DNA from: a virus
IMG/VR virus record: IMGVR_UViG_3300037461_001787
Span: 1-64,000 of that record
Length of the DNA stretch: 64,000 nt
Reading direction: 5' to 3' (one strand)
The notes under the pieces are model-generated. The model searched no databases and was not told where the DNA came from. It saw only the letters and a list, made by a program, of their open reading frames with translations. Each line of letters opens with the position of its first letter. Position 1 is the stretch's first letter. Of this stretch, positions 1 to 9,605 are shown one piece after another. Position numbers and translations under genes: made by a program.

Positions 1-92
1 TGCCGTCCCCAACTCATAGACCGCCGCCGCAAATCGCTTTGGATGTGGCGCAGAAGCGATTTGCGGCGGCGGTCTATGAGTTGGGGACGGCA
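1..92. repeat. Perfect 39-bp inverted repeat at the sequence end (1-39 vs 54-92)
   Basis: 1-39 is the exact reverse complement of 54-92; probably a fold-back assembly artefact. Confidence 0.9.
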
Positions 93-308
93 GGATCATG
101 GAAAGCTGCTTTTGGTGCGTTGGGCAAAACGTGCTTGCGGTTGCTGGGTTATTATATTCCGCATCCTGCAATCCCGTCGCTGGATTCTGCGGATGTGGAG
201 GCGGTGCGGGTATTCCAACGGATGGCGGGGATTCAGGGGGATGGGCGCCCGGGGCATGTGACCCGTCATGAGGTGTTCTCTCGCATGGCCGATAGGGGAT
301 TTATCTAA
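40..308 (+). CDS. 5'-truncated protein with C-terminal peptidoglycan-binding domain (probable endolysin end)
   Basis: AVRVFQRMAGIQGDGRPGHVT matches the PG_binding_1 pattern (AV..FQ...GL..DG..G..T). The start is lost at the window edge and fold-back repeat. Confidence 0.6.
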
Positions 309-364
309 TAAAATAAACTATATATAGGGGGAAATGAAAGTTGCATTTTGCATGTTTTATTTGC

Positions 365-393
365 TTGCATTATACGGCGCAAAGCCGTATACT
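365..393 (+). promoter_or_regulatory. sigma70-like promoter with palindromic operator (P1)
   Basis: TTGCAT-17nt-TATACT; TATACGGC-gcaaa-GCCGTATA at 371-391; AAAGGAG RBS before ATG 425. Confidence 0.8.
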
Positions 394-424
394 AAAGGTA
401 GAACCAATCGAAAGGAGAGCGAGC

Positions 425-751
425 ATGAATTTCAGAATCGAGACGGATGAAGGACAGGTGGTGCTGAAGTTTGCAGCGCATAAAACCGATCCGGCGAAAG
501 CCGTGATTAAGGTGCCGGTGAACTACGATCCAGGTATCGCTTACGTGGCACAGTGGTGCCAGGCGCTGGGAGTGACCGAGCTGGGGGCCTCTTGGCCTGG
601 TAATATCTATTGGATGCAGGAGGTGAATCGGGAGCAGCTGTTGGCGGCGATTGGGAAGCTGCTCGGTGGGGAACCATTGCCCGAGGCGAATTTCTTGCAA
701 TCAATGGGGCCGGATGAAGCGGATTACCAGGAAGGAGGTTTGGGATCATGA
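425..751 (+). CDS. hypothetical protein
   Basis: RBS AAAGGAG with ATG 425, downstream of P1. Confidence 0.7.
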   Translation: MNFRIETDEGQVVLKFAAHKTDPAKAVIKVPVNYDPGIAYVAQWCQALGVTELGASWPGNIYWMQEVNREQLLAAIGKLLGGEPLPEANFLQSMGPDEADYQEGGLGS

Positions 752-981
752 ATACGCCAGTCATGCTGAGCGAAGTTCTGGAGTCTGGAAAACGGGCCGT
801 CCACATTGAAGGTCGTCACTTTCTGGACGGGCCGCAAGCGGTCCGTCGGTACGTGACGGTAAAGGTGGAGGGGAGTTTTGGAGGGGATCCTGATGTGCGG
901 GATTTCTTGGTCAATCTACAACGTAGGGCTGAGCCGGGGGCGCTGTTTCCTCGGGATGGTTGGATTCTGCTAGAGGATTAG
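748..981 (+). CDS. hypothetical protein
   Basis: ATGA overlap with the previous ORF; GGAGG RBS. Confidence 0.6.
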   Translation: MNTPVMLSEVLESGKRAVHIEGRHFLDGPQAVRRYVTVKVEGSFGGDPDVRDFLVNLQRRAEPGALFPRDGWILLED

Positions 982-992
982 AGGATTACGAG

Positions 993-2297
993 ATGAATGA
1001 AACGCACTGGGAGCGCGTGCAGCGCTCCATCGGGGTACTCCGTCTGCAGTTTGCTCGCCGGTTATCTAATCTAAAAGAAATGTCAGAAGCGGAGTTAGCG
1101 GTCTTGCTCCAGGTGCTGTGGGAGGAGATGGTTGCGGAGGCGAGAGTCGCTGCCTCGGCTCCGGCGGTGGCGTCTATTTCTCAGGGGGGTGTAGCCTACT
1201 ACATACCCAAATTTTCTGCGCTGTTGTACGAGTGGGTAACGATCGCGTTGAGGGGGTTGCCGCTATCGTATGTCGGATTGGTCTGCGCGCCAGAGGTCCG
1301 GCAATTCATTGAGAGTTATGCCCGGAACGCAGCAATAGCACCTAGCGCTCTGTCGTTTGCGTTGGTGGTCACTTACTTTATGGTCGCTTATGAGCGCGAG
1401 GGCAAGCGGACGTATGTGGTCTCACCGGGATTGGCAGAGCAGTTGCGGCACACGGAATTGCGCGGTCTATCTTGCGAGGATCTCCGGTTGCCATTTCCGG
1501 CGGTGTATATCGATGTCCCGGTGCAAGCTGACCTCAAAGTCTGGAACCATGATAGCGGTTGGCATCGGCTGCAGGCTATTTACATTGTGGAAGATCCGGA
1601 CATCCTGGGGGAAGCACAGCAGTTGGATTTTCTGGAATTGGAACGGGAGGCGTGGGGGCTCCAGCCGGGGCAATTGCTGCGTGGATGGAGGTTGATGTTG
1701 GTGGGCGAATGCAAGGATCCGGGCAATGAAGAAATGCTGGGCGATGATGCAGTCTATTACTATCGTGTGGCGTTACCGGATGGGTTGGCAGTGGAGGCAG
1801 CGATTGAGCAGACCCGTGCGAACGCTTATCGGGGATGCGCGGACGAGTTGGCGCGCGTGGCGGCGCTAGACCCCAGTGAGTCGTGGAAGCAGGTGTTCGC
1901 GTGGGTCATGAACCTGATGATGTATGTGATTTGCGTGGAGCCCAATGCGGAACGTTGGATGCTGAACAAAGAGGCGCGGCAGCTTTGGGAGAGGATCCAA
2001 AAGACGCCTAAGGGGAGCCCCAAACGAAAGCGGTTGCACGCGGAGTTGCAACAGCTGGATCCACGGTGGCGCTATTCGATTGGCCAAGGGATTGTGGTTC
2101 GGCGCGGACGAGAGCGCGCAGAGGCGCAGAGGGGCCAGGAGCGCGGGCCGATGGCGGTGGTCAGTTGGGTGGCGGGGCATTGGAAGCGCGTGGCGCATGG
2201 TCCGGGGCGTGCTCAGCGGCGGTGGCAGTTTATTGCGCCGTATAGGAGGGGCCCGGAAGGAATCAGTGAAATCTGGAAGCCGCACCATGCCGAATGA
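993..2297 (+). CDS. uncharacterised phage protein with C-terminal V(R/A)GHW(R/K)...GP...I.PY..GP motif
   Basis: Long ORF; C-terminal WVAGHWKRVAHGPGRAQRRWQFIAPYRRGP is a motif I recognise from many phage hypothetical proteins. Confidence 0.7.
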   Translation: MNETHWERVQRSIGVLRLQFARRLSNLKEMSEAELAVLLQVLWEEMVAEARVAASAPAVASISQGGVAYYIPKFSALLYEWVTIALRGLPLSYVGLVCAPEVRQFIESYARNAAIAPSALSFALVVTYFMVAYEREGKRTYVVSPGLAEQLRHTELRGLSCEDLRLPFPAVYIDVPVQADLKVWNHDSGWHRLQAIYIVEDPDILGEAQQLDFLELEREAWGLQPGQLLRGWRLMLVGECKDPGNEEMLGDDAVYYYRVALPDGLAVEAAIEQTRANAYRGCADELARVAALDPSESWKQVFAWVMNLMMYVICVEPNAERWMLNKEARQLWERIQKTPKGSPKRKRLHAELQQLDPRWRYSIGQGIVVRRGRERAEAQRGQERGPMAVVSWVAGHWKRVAHGPGRAQRRWQFIAPYRRGPEGISEIWKPHHAE

Positions 2298-2412
2298 CTT
2301 GTTTTTTTGGTGGTGGTGGGCTACAACCCTCGCGCACCTGTCGGTTCTTTTCCCTTCAATTTGCGATCGATGAGACCCAAATTAGTCGCGACGGGTGCAC
2401 TTTGGAGGCGCA

Positions 2413-2622
2413 ATGGATTGGCAGTGCGTGGAGCTGTCCGAGATTCCCCAGGCGTTAGCGGATGTCGAGCGCCGGATTGAGGCGGCTGAGGAATTGATTG
2501 TTGCGTTGTACGAGGTTATTGGCAAGCAGCAACGAATTCGAGAAGAATTGCGCGCTGAGTATCGGCGGGTAATTGCTATGGCGGCCAAAAAATATCTGGA
2601 ACGATTGGTGCGGTACGAGTAG
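2413..2622 (+). CDS. hypothetical coiled-coil protein
   Basis: GGAGG RBS with ATG 2413. Confidence 0.55.
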   Translation: MDWQCVELSEIPQALADVERRIEAAEELIVALYEVIGKQQRIREELRAEYRRVIAMAAKKYLERLVRYE

Positions 2623-2820
2623 ATTTTCTGGAAAGGAGGAATGGGTGGCGAAACATGAAGCTGATTACATTGATAGGGCATTTTTTTGGGCGCAATTGTT
2701 GGCAGCAATTTCTGCCCTGGGCATGTTGGCGATTTTTGCCTGGTTGATGGGATGGTTTTAGGCGGCGTGAGCTTACGAATTTTTGGCTCTCCAGTCCCGC
2801 GTAAAAGATATGGGTGCGAC

Positions 2821-2849
2821 TTGACATCTACGGCTTTTTGCCGTATATT
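2821..2849 (+). promoter_or_regulatory. sigma70-like promoter with palindromic operator (P2)
   Basis: TTGACA-17nt-TATATT; TACGGC-ttttt-GCCGTA at 2829-2845. Confidence 0.85.
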
Positions 2850-2878
2850 ATAGTAGTGGGGGACAAGGAGAGCGAGAT

Positions 2879-3931
2879 ATGGAAAATCAGCAAGATAGGA
2901 TTGAAGGAGTTGTGTGCGGTACGGCTATTGGGGATGCCCTGGGGTATCCGGTGGAATTCTTGGACATCGAAGCGATTCGCAAGCGCCATGGACGTGTGCT
3001 CGGATTTGTCGAGCTGCGCGTGATGCCGGGGCGTCCGGAGCCGGTGGCGCTCTACAGTGATGACACGCAGATGTTTATCGCGGTTGCGGAAGGGCTGTTG
3101 CGGGCGCGTACACAATCGAATCTGGATGAGGCCGCATATGCGGTGGCGGAGGAGCTGGTCCGCTGGGCGGATTCCCCGGAGAACAACCGGGCTCCAGGCG
3201 GGGCATGCATGCTCGGTTGCCGGAATTTGGCCATGGGGATGGATTGGCGCTCTGCGGGCAAGCGCAACGGTGGGGGCTGTGGAGCGGCGATGCGCTCTAT
3301 GGCTCAGGGCATCTGGCAGTGGGAAGATCCGTGCCAGGCGGCATACTGGGCGGGCGAGATGGCTCTGATGACCCACCGGTTGCCCATGGCGCAGGCGTCG
3401 GCAGCGGCGGTGGCGGCGATTGTGGCTGCGCTCCTGTGCGAGGCGGCGCCTCTGGAGGCGGCAGAGCGGGGTATCCAGGCGGCTGAGCGGTATGATGCGG
3501 AGACGGCGCGCATGCTGCGCCAGGCGGTCGAGCGGGCTGTGCGGGCGCGGCAGTTGATGGCGCCGCGCTCGAAAGTGATTGAAGCGCCGACCCTTTGCGG
3601 ATTGGGCACTGAGGTTTCGGATATCTTGGCGGGGGTGCTCAACCAGTGGCGGGGGTGGAGTGGACACGAAGCGGTTGCAGCTAGTTTGTTCTGTTTTCTG
3701 ACGTTTCAAGAGAGTTTTTCGGATACGGTGATTGCCGCAGTCAATTCTTCGGGCGATTCGGATTCGCTCGGGGCAATCGCGGGAGCTTTTTCGGGGGCGT
3801 ATCTGGGAGCCGGCAAGATTCCCATCGAGTGGCGCGAAAATGTGGAAAACGCCACGTTCCTTCACGAATTATCCAATAGGCTTGCGGATTACTTGCAAAA
3901 AACAGGGTCATTTTCTGCGCTGGCGACTTAA
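2879..3931 (+). CDS. ADP-ribosylglycohydrolase (ARH/DraG family)
   Basis: GDALGYPVEF, YSDDTQM, GCGAAMR, THR and GDSDSLGAIAGA motifs; AAGGAG RBS. Confidence 0.92.
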   Translation: MENQQDRIEGVVCGTAIGDALGYPVEFLDIEAIRKRHGRVLGFVELRVMPGRPEPVALYSDDTQMFIAVAEGLLRARTQSNLDEAAYAVAEELVRWADSPENNRAPGGACMLGCRNLAMGMDWRSAGKRNGGGCGAAMRSMAQGIWQWEDPCQAAYWAGEMALMTHRLPMAQASAAAVAAIVAALLCEAAPLEAAERGIQAAERYDAETARMLRQAVERAVRARQLMAPRSKVIEAPTLCGLGTEVSDILAGVLNQWRGWSGHEAVAASLFCFLTFQESFSDTVIAAVNSSGDSDSLGAIAGAFSGAYLGAGKIPIEWRENVENATFLHELSNRLADYLQKTGSFSALAT

Positions 3932-3956
3932 TCCGATGGGGGGATGGAGGCGTGTA

Positions 3957-4577
3957 ATGGAGGCGGAAGTCGCTGCTGGGTATTGTTGTGGCCGTTGCCG
4001 GCGGCATTGGGATACGTTTTTGCGCGCGGAGAGCTGTTGCGCAGCTGCCTGCGCGGATTGTGGGGTTGCGTTTGGCGCCCAAGCTGTCCGGTACTCGGGC
4101 GACGATGGCCAGGGGCGTTGCTGGGTTTGCTGGAGGAGCTACCAGGAGCGCTGCGAGGCCAAACGGTACGAGCAGGCCATCAGCTGTCCAGCCATAGGCT
4201 ATGCAGGCCCGGTTTATTACCAGAATCGAGAAAAATTCTATCCTTCTGCTTTGGAGGCTTTTGCCGCTGTGCAGGATGAGGTACTCGGCGGTGAAATCGA
4301 ACGCGTCCAGGTACGGTGTTACGTGTGCACGATCAAACCGTTTCGCCTCACTACAGCGGCGGTGCTCGCTCGGGCGTTGGAGGAGCACGCACCAGGCTCA
4401 GCGTTTGATGAGGAAGCTCGGTTGGTGATGTCGCGTTTTCTGGAATTGTGGAATGCGCGGTACGCTGATCAGGTGGAGTCGTGGATCCCAGATTTTTCCA
4501 GAAAAATTGTATTTCCAGATATTTGGGTGGGCAGTCCCTCGGTGGTAGAGGTGGAGGGAGAGGAGGATCTGTGTTAG
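3957..4577 (+). CDS. hypothetical Cys-rich (Zn-finger) protein
   Basis: CxxC pairs (CGRC, CADC, CWVC); GGAGG RBS. Confidence 0.6.
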   Translation: MEAEVAAGYCCGRCRRHWDTFLRAESCCAAACADCGVAFGAQAVRYSGDDGQGRCWVCWRSYQERCEAKRYEQAISCPAIGYAGPVYYQNREKFYPSALEAFAAVQDEVLGGEIERVQVRCYVCTIKPFRLTTAAVLARALEEHAPGSAFDEEARLVMSRFLELWNARYADQVESWIPDFSRKIVFPDIWVGSPSVVEVEGEEDLC

Positions 4578-4882
4578 TTCCAGAAAAACTTTTAGGCGAG
4601 AAAATCGAGAGTGAAGATCAGGCGCGAAATTGGGTCAGCGAATTGGTCCAAGACATGAAATTCTGGAGGGCGGAGTGCGATGTGCTTTTCCCGCATGACG
4701 CGGCCAAGACCGCCCAGCACCAACGCCGGGCGTGTTGGACGTTCCTGACCAAGCAGGGCAAGGTGGTGGGGGCTTTGCAAGCGCTGTTTCTAGCGGGTAA
4801 GATTAGCGAGTGCTGTTATCAGGAGTTGAATCAGACGGCGATTAATGCGCTTGCTCCAACATTGGTGGGCCATGCGCGCTAA
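4571..4882 (+). CDS. hypothetical protein
   Basis: GAGGAGG RBS with GTG 4571. Confidence 0.6.
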   Translation: MLVPEKLLGEKIESEDQARNWVSELVQDMKFWRAECDVLFPHDAAKTAQHQRRACWTFLTKQGKVVGALQALFLAGKISECCYQELNQTAINALAPTLVGHAR

Positions 4883-5069
4883 AGCCCCGACAGAATACAC
4901 ATACGAGGTACGGGTCATGGTGCCGGGACGGGGCGCCAAGGTATCGCATCTAACTGTGTCAGTGTTAGCGGATTCGGATCGAGCTTGTCAGGAAGAGGCG
5001 ATCCGACTATTGAAGGCGCATGGCGTAGTCATGCGCTGGGAGAAGATGGCGGGAAATAGTTATCGTTGA
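4872..5069 (+). CDS. hypothetical protein
   Basis: Packed in an operon-like run of overlapping ORFs. Confidence 0.5.
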   Translation: MRAKAPTEYTYEVRVMVPGRGAKVSHLTVSVLADSDRACQEEAIRLLKAHGVVMRWEKMAGNSYR

Positions 5070-5080
5070 GGGGGTGTGGA

Positions 5081-5374
5081 ATGGTTGTTTACGATCCGCG
5101 TAAGCAGAAGATCATCGATGAGGTTTCCCAAGTGTACAAGGTGGGCATGGCGCCCGAGCATGGTTCCGATTGGTATTGTGAGGTGCGGGCGTTTTCTTTT
5201 TCTGCTGCGGCACTGAGGGCTGCCGAGATGGCGCATTCGTCGTGGGCTTGGGAGGCGACGTGGCCGTTGCAGTTTCTTGTGACGGATGCGGGTGGGCGTT
5301 CACGTTGGGTCGTGGTGGAGAGGGAAATCCAACCGCGGTTTATGGTGCGGGAGATGAAGGAGGTCGGCAATTGA
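5081..5374 (+). CDS. hypothetical protein
   Basis: Operon packing; G-rich RBS. Confidence 0.55.
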   Translation: MVVYDPRKQKIIDEVSQVYKVGMAPEHGSDWYCEVRAFSFSAAALRAAEMAHSSWAWEATWPLQFLVTDAGGRSRWVVVEREIQPRFMVREMKEVGN

Positions 5375-5586
5375 TCACCATATGGACCATCTATGATCAT
5401 CCGCTCGATTTCCCAGAAAAATGGGTAGTCCGCGCGCAGGATATTGTTGGCGGGTTGGTGCTGCCGCGGCCGAATTGCACATGCCATGATTCATTGCAGG
5501 CGGCGCGGGAGGCTATTCCCCAAGGGACTATCCGCATAGATCGGTCTGCGCAAGATGCTCCATGCATTGCGGAGGTCTGGATATGA
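5371..5586 (+). CDS. hypothetical protein (WTIYDHP.DFP..WVVR family)
   Basis: AGGAGG RBS with TTG 5371; motif seen in small phage proteins. Confidence 0.6.
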   Translation: MITIWTIYDHPLDFPEKWVVRAQDIVGGLVLPRPNCTCHDSLQAAREAIPQGTIRIDRSAQDAPCIAEVWI

Positions 5587-5918
5587 GCCCAGAGATTGAG
5601 GCAGATAAATATGAGGCAGCGGAAGCAACGGTGAATTCTTTGTTGCGCTATATCAGTAGAGCAGCTGCGGCATATTGGGCGGGGACGGGGAGAGCGCCTA
5701 ACAGTGTTTATGTTTCACCGTACCTGGAGGGCGTTTTGCGAGGGGCCATAGGAGGTAGTGCGGTCAATTTGACGCTCTCTTTCTCCCAGTCGCTGGCTAA
5801 TGCGGGGTTGGTTCCAGAAAATTCGGATGGTATTCAAGTGCAGTTGGTGATCCGGCAGGCGCAGAATGCGCAAAGCTATTGGGGTTTTTTGTGCGTTGTT
5901 TGCGAGGTGCCGGCATGA
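5583..5918 (+). CDS. hypothetical protein
   Basis: GGAGG RBS; ATGA overlap. Confidence 0.55.
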   Translation: MSPEIEADKYEAAEATVNSLLRYISRAAAAYWAGTGRAPNSVYVSPYLEGVLRGAIGGSAVNLTLSFSQSLANAGLVPENSDGIQVQLVIRQAQNAQSYWGFLCVVCEVPA

Positions 5919-6586
5919 TGATTTGGGTGGAAGGGCTCATCGGTGCGGGCAAGACAACATTTTGCCATAAGGTCGCAAAAGCGATTCCAGAGATTCGTGT
6001 GTTGGAGGAACCGGTGCAGACCAATCCATATCTGGAACGTTTTTATTTGTCTCCCAAACGTTGGGCTTTTCCGATGCAGATTGACTTGCTTTTTCGTCGA
6101 TTCGTTATCCAGAAATTGGCTGCCTATGAGGCGCTCAATGGTGAGCCGTATCGTGCGGTGTTGATTGATCGTGGGATGCCTGGAGATAGGGTATTTGCGC
6201 AGCTCCATTATGCACGCGGCAATATGGATTTTCTGGAGTGGCAGACATACGGTCGAGTCTATAAGATGCTTGCGTGCTCTCTTTTGCCCCCATCGATATT
6301 GATCTATCTGCATGTGGATCCCAAACGGGCGATGGACCGGATTTGGGAGCGCAAGCGGGAAGCAGAGTTGGCCTTGGATCTGGAGTACCTTATTCAGCTG
6401 CAAAACGGGTACGAGCAAATGTTGTCGGAGCTGGCTGCGGGGAATCATCCCTGGGGTCGGCAAGTCGAAATCTGGAAAGTGGATTGGAATCAATGGGGGA
6501 TGGCAGGAGCGCTCATTGACGCGCTCCGGGATCGGGTGATCCGTGGATTGGGCCGAGCTGGTGAAAATGGTGCGCGAGCAGAATGA
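5915..6586 (+). CDS. deoxynucleoside kinase (dNK family)
   Basis: IWVEGLIGAGKTT P-loop, EEPV, RWAF.MQ, DR motif, lid region RI.ER.R.AE. Confidence 0.9.
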   Translation: MMIWVEGLIGAGKTTFCHKVAKAIPEIRVLEEPVQTNPYLERFYLSPKRWAFPMQIDLLFRRFVIQKLAAYEALNGEPYRAVLIDRGMPGDRVFAQLHYARGNMDFLEWQTYGRVYKMLACSLLPPSILIYLHVDPKRAMDRIWERKREAELALDLEYLIQLQNGYEQMLSELAAGNHPWGRQVEIWKVDWNQWGMAGALIDALRDRVIRGLGRAGENGARAE

Positions 6587-6855
6587 GGCACGGGAATGCA
6601 AACTGGATGTGGAGCTGGGCCAATGGGTGCATCGCTTTTTGCCCGGTTCTTGTCGGTGTCGATGCGGCGCATGCGTAGTGCGTCAGCCGGTGCGCAGAGC
6701 GCGCATCGGTTGGTACGGCAGGCCGGATCGGCGGCATGTCTAGGAGCGGACCAGGGCCGATTTCTGGAATGCGATGGTGTCGTGGGCAGGGTAGTTTGCA
6801 CTTTTTGCGGGATGGCGATAGGTTGCTCGTGTAGCCTCCTTTTGATAAGTGCGTT

Positions 6856-6892
6856 GAAAAACCCCACCGATGACACGCCGGTGGGGTTTTTC
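6856..6892. terminator. bidirectional intrinsic terminator-like hairpin
   Basis: GAAAAACCCCACCG-9nt-CGGTGGGGTTTTTC, perfect 14-bp stem with A/T tails. Confidence 0.75.
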
Positions 6893-6907
6893 GTGAAAGG
6901 AGTGGAA

Positions 6908-7267
6908 ATGCCGCAGGAGCGAATTTATTCAGCGCAAAAGATTGTTGAGGCCCTCGGGCAATTTGGCATTGAGCCGAAAGAGGCGGTGGCATTGCTGCAT
7001 GCGCAGGATATGCCCGCGTTGCAGCGACGATTGAAAGAGGAGTGGCATAAATTGGCTTTCCGGCTCCATCCCGATCGTGGCGGGGACGAGGCGGCATTCA
7101 AGCGGTTGTCCGCGCTTTATGATGCACTGGAGAAGCTTCGCCCGGTGCGTGTTGCTGCGCCTCAGCCGATGGATTTTGGGGTAGTGGTGGTCGTGGGCTT
7201 TGATGGCGCGACGATATATCACCGTCCTATTTGGGGGTCATCGAGTACCACTACTGGAGTTTGGTAG
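6908..7267 (+). CDS. J-domain (DnaJ-like) protein
   Basis: LAFRLHPDRGGDEAAFKRLSALYDAL with the HPD motif; AAGGAG RBS. Confidence 0.85.
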   Translation: MPQERIYSAQKIVEALGQFGIEPKEAVALLHAQDMPALQRRLKEEWHKLAFRLHPDRGGDEAAFKRLSALYDALEKLRPVRVAAPQPMDFGVVVVVGFDGATIYHRPIWGSSSTTTGVW

Positions 7268-7338
7268 TGTAGCAGTTCGGTAGGATCAATGCGGAAAGTT
7301 GCAGTCGAGAATCGTGCGGGATGCGGGTCATTTTTCAC

Positions 7339-7367
7339 TTGCTATCTACGGCAAAATGCCGTATACT
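7339..7367 (+). promoter_or_regulatory. sigma70-like promoter with palindromic operator (P3)
   Basis: TTGCTA-17nt-TATACT; TACGGC-aaaat-GCCGTA at 7347-7363. Confidence 0.8.
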
Positions 7368-7398
7368 GATTGTAGCACTTGTGAAAGGAGAGTGACCC

Positions 7399-8226
7399 AT
7401 GAAAATTACCGCCAAATTTGAAAGCACTTGCCCGAGCTGTGGGAAAACGATCAATTGCGGTGACGCCGTGGAGTGGGAGAAGGGAAAAAAGGCTGTCCAT
7501 GTTCGTTGCCCTACGGCGAAGGCCACGGCGAAGGCCACGGCGAAGGCGCCTCTCGCGTCAGTAGCAGGAGGCGCAAAGGTGGCCTCCGGGCACAACAAAC
7601 GTGCGGCTTCTTGTGATCGGTGTGGCGCATGGTTGGCGGCGGGGGAAGGGGTGCTGGTCCGCTGTTACGCGGATACTGGTTGCATGAAGCATTTCGATGA
7701 GGATGGGTGGCATGTGTACTGCCCGGCGAACAAGGCGGGGGAATGCAAAAAACAGCGCGAAGTAACACTGGCTGTGCAAAAGGCGGCTAAAGCCAAGGCG
7801 GCGGAAGAGAAAAAAGCGAAGGCTGCGCAAGAGGTCGCAGATCGCGCAGCGATCGACAATTTCCGGAAAAATTTGGGGGAGATGGGATACGTGCGGGCGA
7901 CGGGGGATGTTTTCCCCGAGGCGACAGGCCGAGCGGAAGTGTTTCGGAAAAAATGCGCGTTCGGGACAGTCATATTTTGCCGTCTGGAAGTGAGTGGACA
8001 GGAGATTTATTGGGAATCCGCCCATGGGTACGACGACTATCGGCATTACACTTGGGCGCCAGCGCCCATAGTAAATGCGTGGTTGGATCAGCGTATTGCC
8101 CAGTACGGGATTACCAAGGGCAGAGCAGCAGAGTGGCTGCAGAACTTTTCTGGCTGCGAAGGCGAGGAGCTATATCGGCGGGCGCTGGAGACTGGTGCGG
8201 ATGAGGCGGGGGAGAAGGTGGAGTGA
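7399..8226 (+). CDS. hypothetical protein with Zn-binding motifs
   Basis: AKF..TCPSCG..I..G...H..C and CDRCG motifs; AAAGGAG RBS; short ACGGCGAAGGCC tandem repeat near 7513-7548. Confidence 0.75.
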   Translation: MKITAKFESTCPSCGKTINCGDAVEWEKGKKAVHVRCPTAKATAKATAKAPLASVAGGAKVASGHNKRAASCDRCGAWLAAGEGVLVRCYADTGCMKHFDEDGWHVYCPANKAGECKKQREVTLAVQKAAKAKAAEEKKAKAAQEVADRAAIDNFRKNLGEMGYVRATGDVFPEATGRAEVFRKKCAFGTVIFCRLEVSGQEIYWESAHGYDDYRHYTWAPAPIVNAWLDQRIAQYGITKGRAAEWLQNFSGCEGEELYRRALETGADEAGEKVE

Positions 8227-8296
8227 TTTTCATCTGCTTTTTTCTTCATTTCTTCTTATTTACTTTTCATTTGCGGGGATTCAACGGAGGTGGTCT

Positions 8297-9130
8297 ATGC
8301 CGACACTTTCATCTAGTTTTCTGTGCTGGTTTTCTGGCAAGGCATTACAGCGCGCGACGGAGGCTTTTGCCCTGTTGGAGCGATCAGTCGCAATGGGCGA
8401 ATGGCTGCCCAAGGCATCTCAGCATTGTCGGGCGGCATTTCGGCAAGCCAATGAGCCGCGGAAGATCCTCAACCGCAATAGGTGGATTGAGCAGTTGCGC
8501 AATCCGGGTGATACCGATTACCGCAATGCGGGGCGGAGTATCCAGAGGGCGATAGCCTACGGGCAGTGGCAATGGCTGTCCGACGTGGATTTTCGAAGGC
8601 TTGTTTTAGATCCGGGAGACGCGACACTCTCAGCGGACGAGCAGCGGGTGGTTGCCGAGATCGCGCGGCTATGGGGAGACTTTCGGCCAATTTTGGCCGC
8701 GATGAGCGTGCTCGATCGGACGCGGCCCAGGCCGGTGTTCACTGCCTTGGGGGTCTCGCGGAGAATTTCTGGAACTTTGCGCGATCTAGGGGCGGTCAAG
8801 GTCGAGGTTTGCCAGATTGAGTACCAACGGATTGCGACGACCGATGCGAAGGGGGCGAAGAGTTGGCGCTGGGTGGCACGATTGCTTTGGCCGGAGGGGA
8901 CGGTGCACGGGAGTTCCCGCTATGGAGTTTCTCAGGCGGGCAATCGGCAATGTGAGGCCTGTGGGCACGCTATCCAAAATCCGGGCAACTGGGTGCCGTT
9001 GGTAGTTTGGCGCAAAGCCGCCCTTCCCCAGTCGCTTTGGGTTGGGAGGGAGTGCGCCAAGTCGCTTTTTGGGATCAAGATGGTTGGTGACTTTGGGCTG
9101 GCACAGGAGCAAGGGGATGCAGCGGTCTGA
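8297..9130 (+). CDS. hypothetical protein with C-terminal Zn-finger
   Basis: GGAGG RBS; CEACGH...VG.ECA motif. Confidence 0.7.
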   Translation: MPTLSSSFLCWFSGKALQRATEAFALLERSVAMGEWLPKASQHCRAAFRQANEPRKILNRNRWIEQLRNPGDTDYRNAGRSIQRAIAYGQWQWLSDVDFRRLVLDPGDATLSADEQRVVAEIARLWGDFRPILAAMSVLDRTRPRPVFTALGVSRRISGTLRDLGAVKVEVCQIEYQRIATTDAKGAKSWRWVARLLWPEGTVHGSSRYGVSQAGNRQCEACGHAIQNPGNWVPLVVWRKAALPQSLWVGRECAKSLFGIKMVGDFGLAQEQGDAAV

Positions 9131-9326
9131 GAAGAAATATCGTGCGATTCGAAATGAGCTAGTGTTCAAAATTCTGGAATACGGGCATGCGTGCGCGGAA
9201 GAACGTCAGCGCACCCCTTGCACGGATTGGCCTTTGGATTATTGGTCAGAGCAGCGCAGGAAGCTGCGCCGAGAGATTGTTGCGCGTGTAGATAGTTTGA
9301 TTGCGGACGCGCAAAAGCGCAAGTAA
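9117..9326 (+). CDS. hypothetical protein
   Basis: AGGAG RBS; operon packing. Confidence 0.5.
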   Translation: MQRSEKKYRAIRNELVFKILEYGHACAEERQRTPCTDWPLDYWSEQRRKLRREIVARVDSLIADAQKRK

Positions 9327-9341
9327 GCTGCTCTGAGAAAG

Positions 9342-9605
9342 GTGGAGGGTGTCGTGCGTGAAAAAGCGCCAAAGCCGCGCTGCTATTGTTGCAGCGAGTC
9401 GGCGAGGTATAGCGTGGAGCTGGTCAATCAGGATACGCGGATTTATCTGCCCAATCAGATGGTGCGTGGGCAGGGCCATCCTTGTTTGCGGGAAATTTGG
9501 TTTTGTGCTCGATGCATGCGGGCAGTGGAGGATGCGTTGAGGGCGACCATCAATTACCGAATCCGGGAATCGCGGCAAGAAAATGTTCCAGAAAACGAAG
9601 AATGA
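9342..9605 (+). CDS. hypothetical Zn-finger protein
   Basis: CYCC and CARC motifs. Confidence 0.5.
   Translation: MEGVVREKAPKPRCYCCSESARYSVELVNQDTRIYLPNQMVRGQGHPCLREIWFCARCMRAVEDALRATINYRIRESRQENVPENEE

Noticed and set aside
1-92. 39-bp perfect inverted repeat as a hairpin telomere or regulatory element
   Set aside because: It sits at the very edge of the sequence and mirrors in-frame coding DNA, which is typical of a fold-back read or assembly artefact. Read mapping would settle it.
2828-3865. Long minus-strand ORFs (for example 2828-3865, 20647-21870, 28563-29759, 33459-34769, 46108-47058)
   Set aside because: These are antisense shadows of well-supported + strand genes in GC-rich DNA, with no motifs or RBS. 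Only the 28176-28535 relic shows a family pattern.
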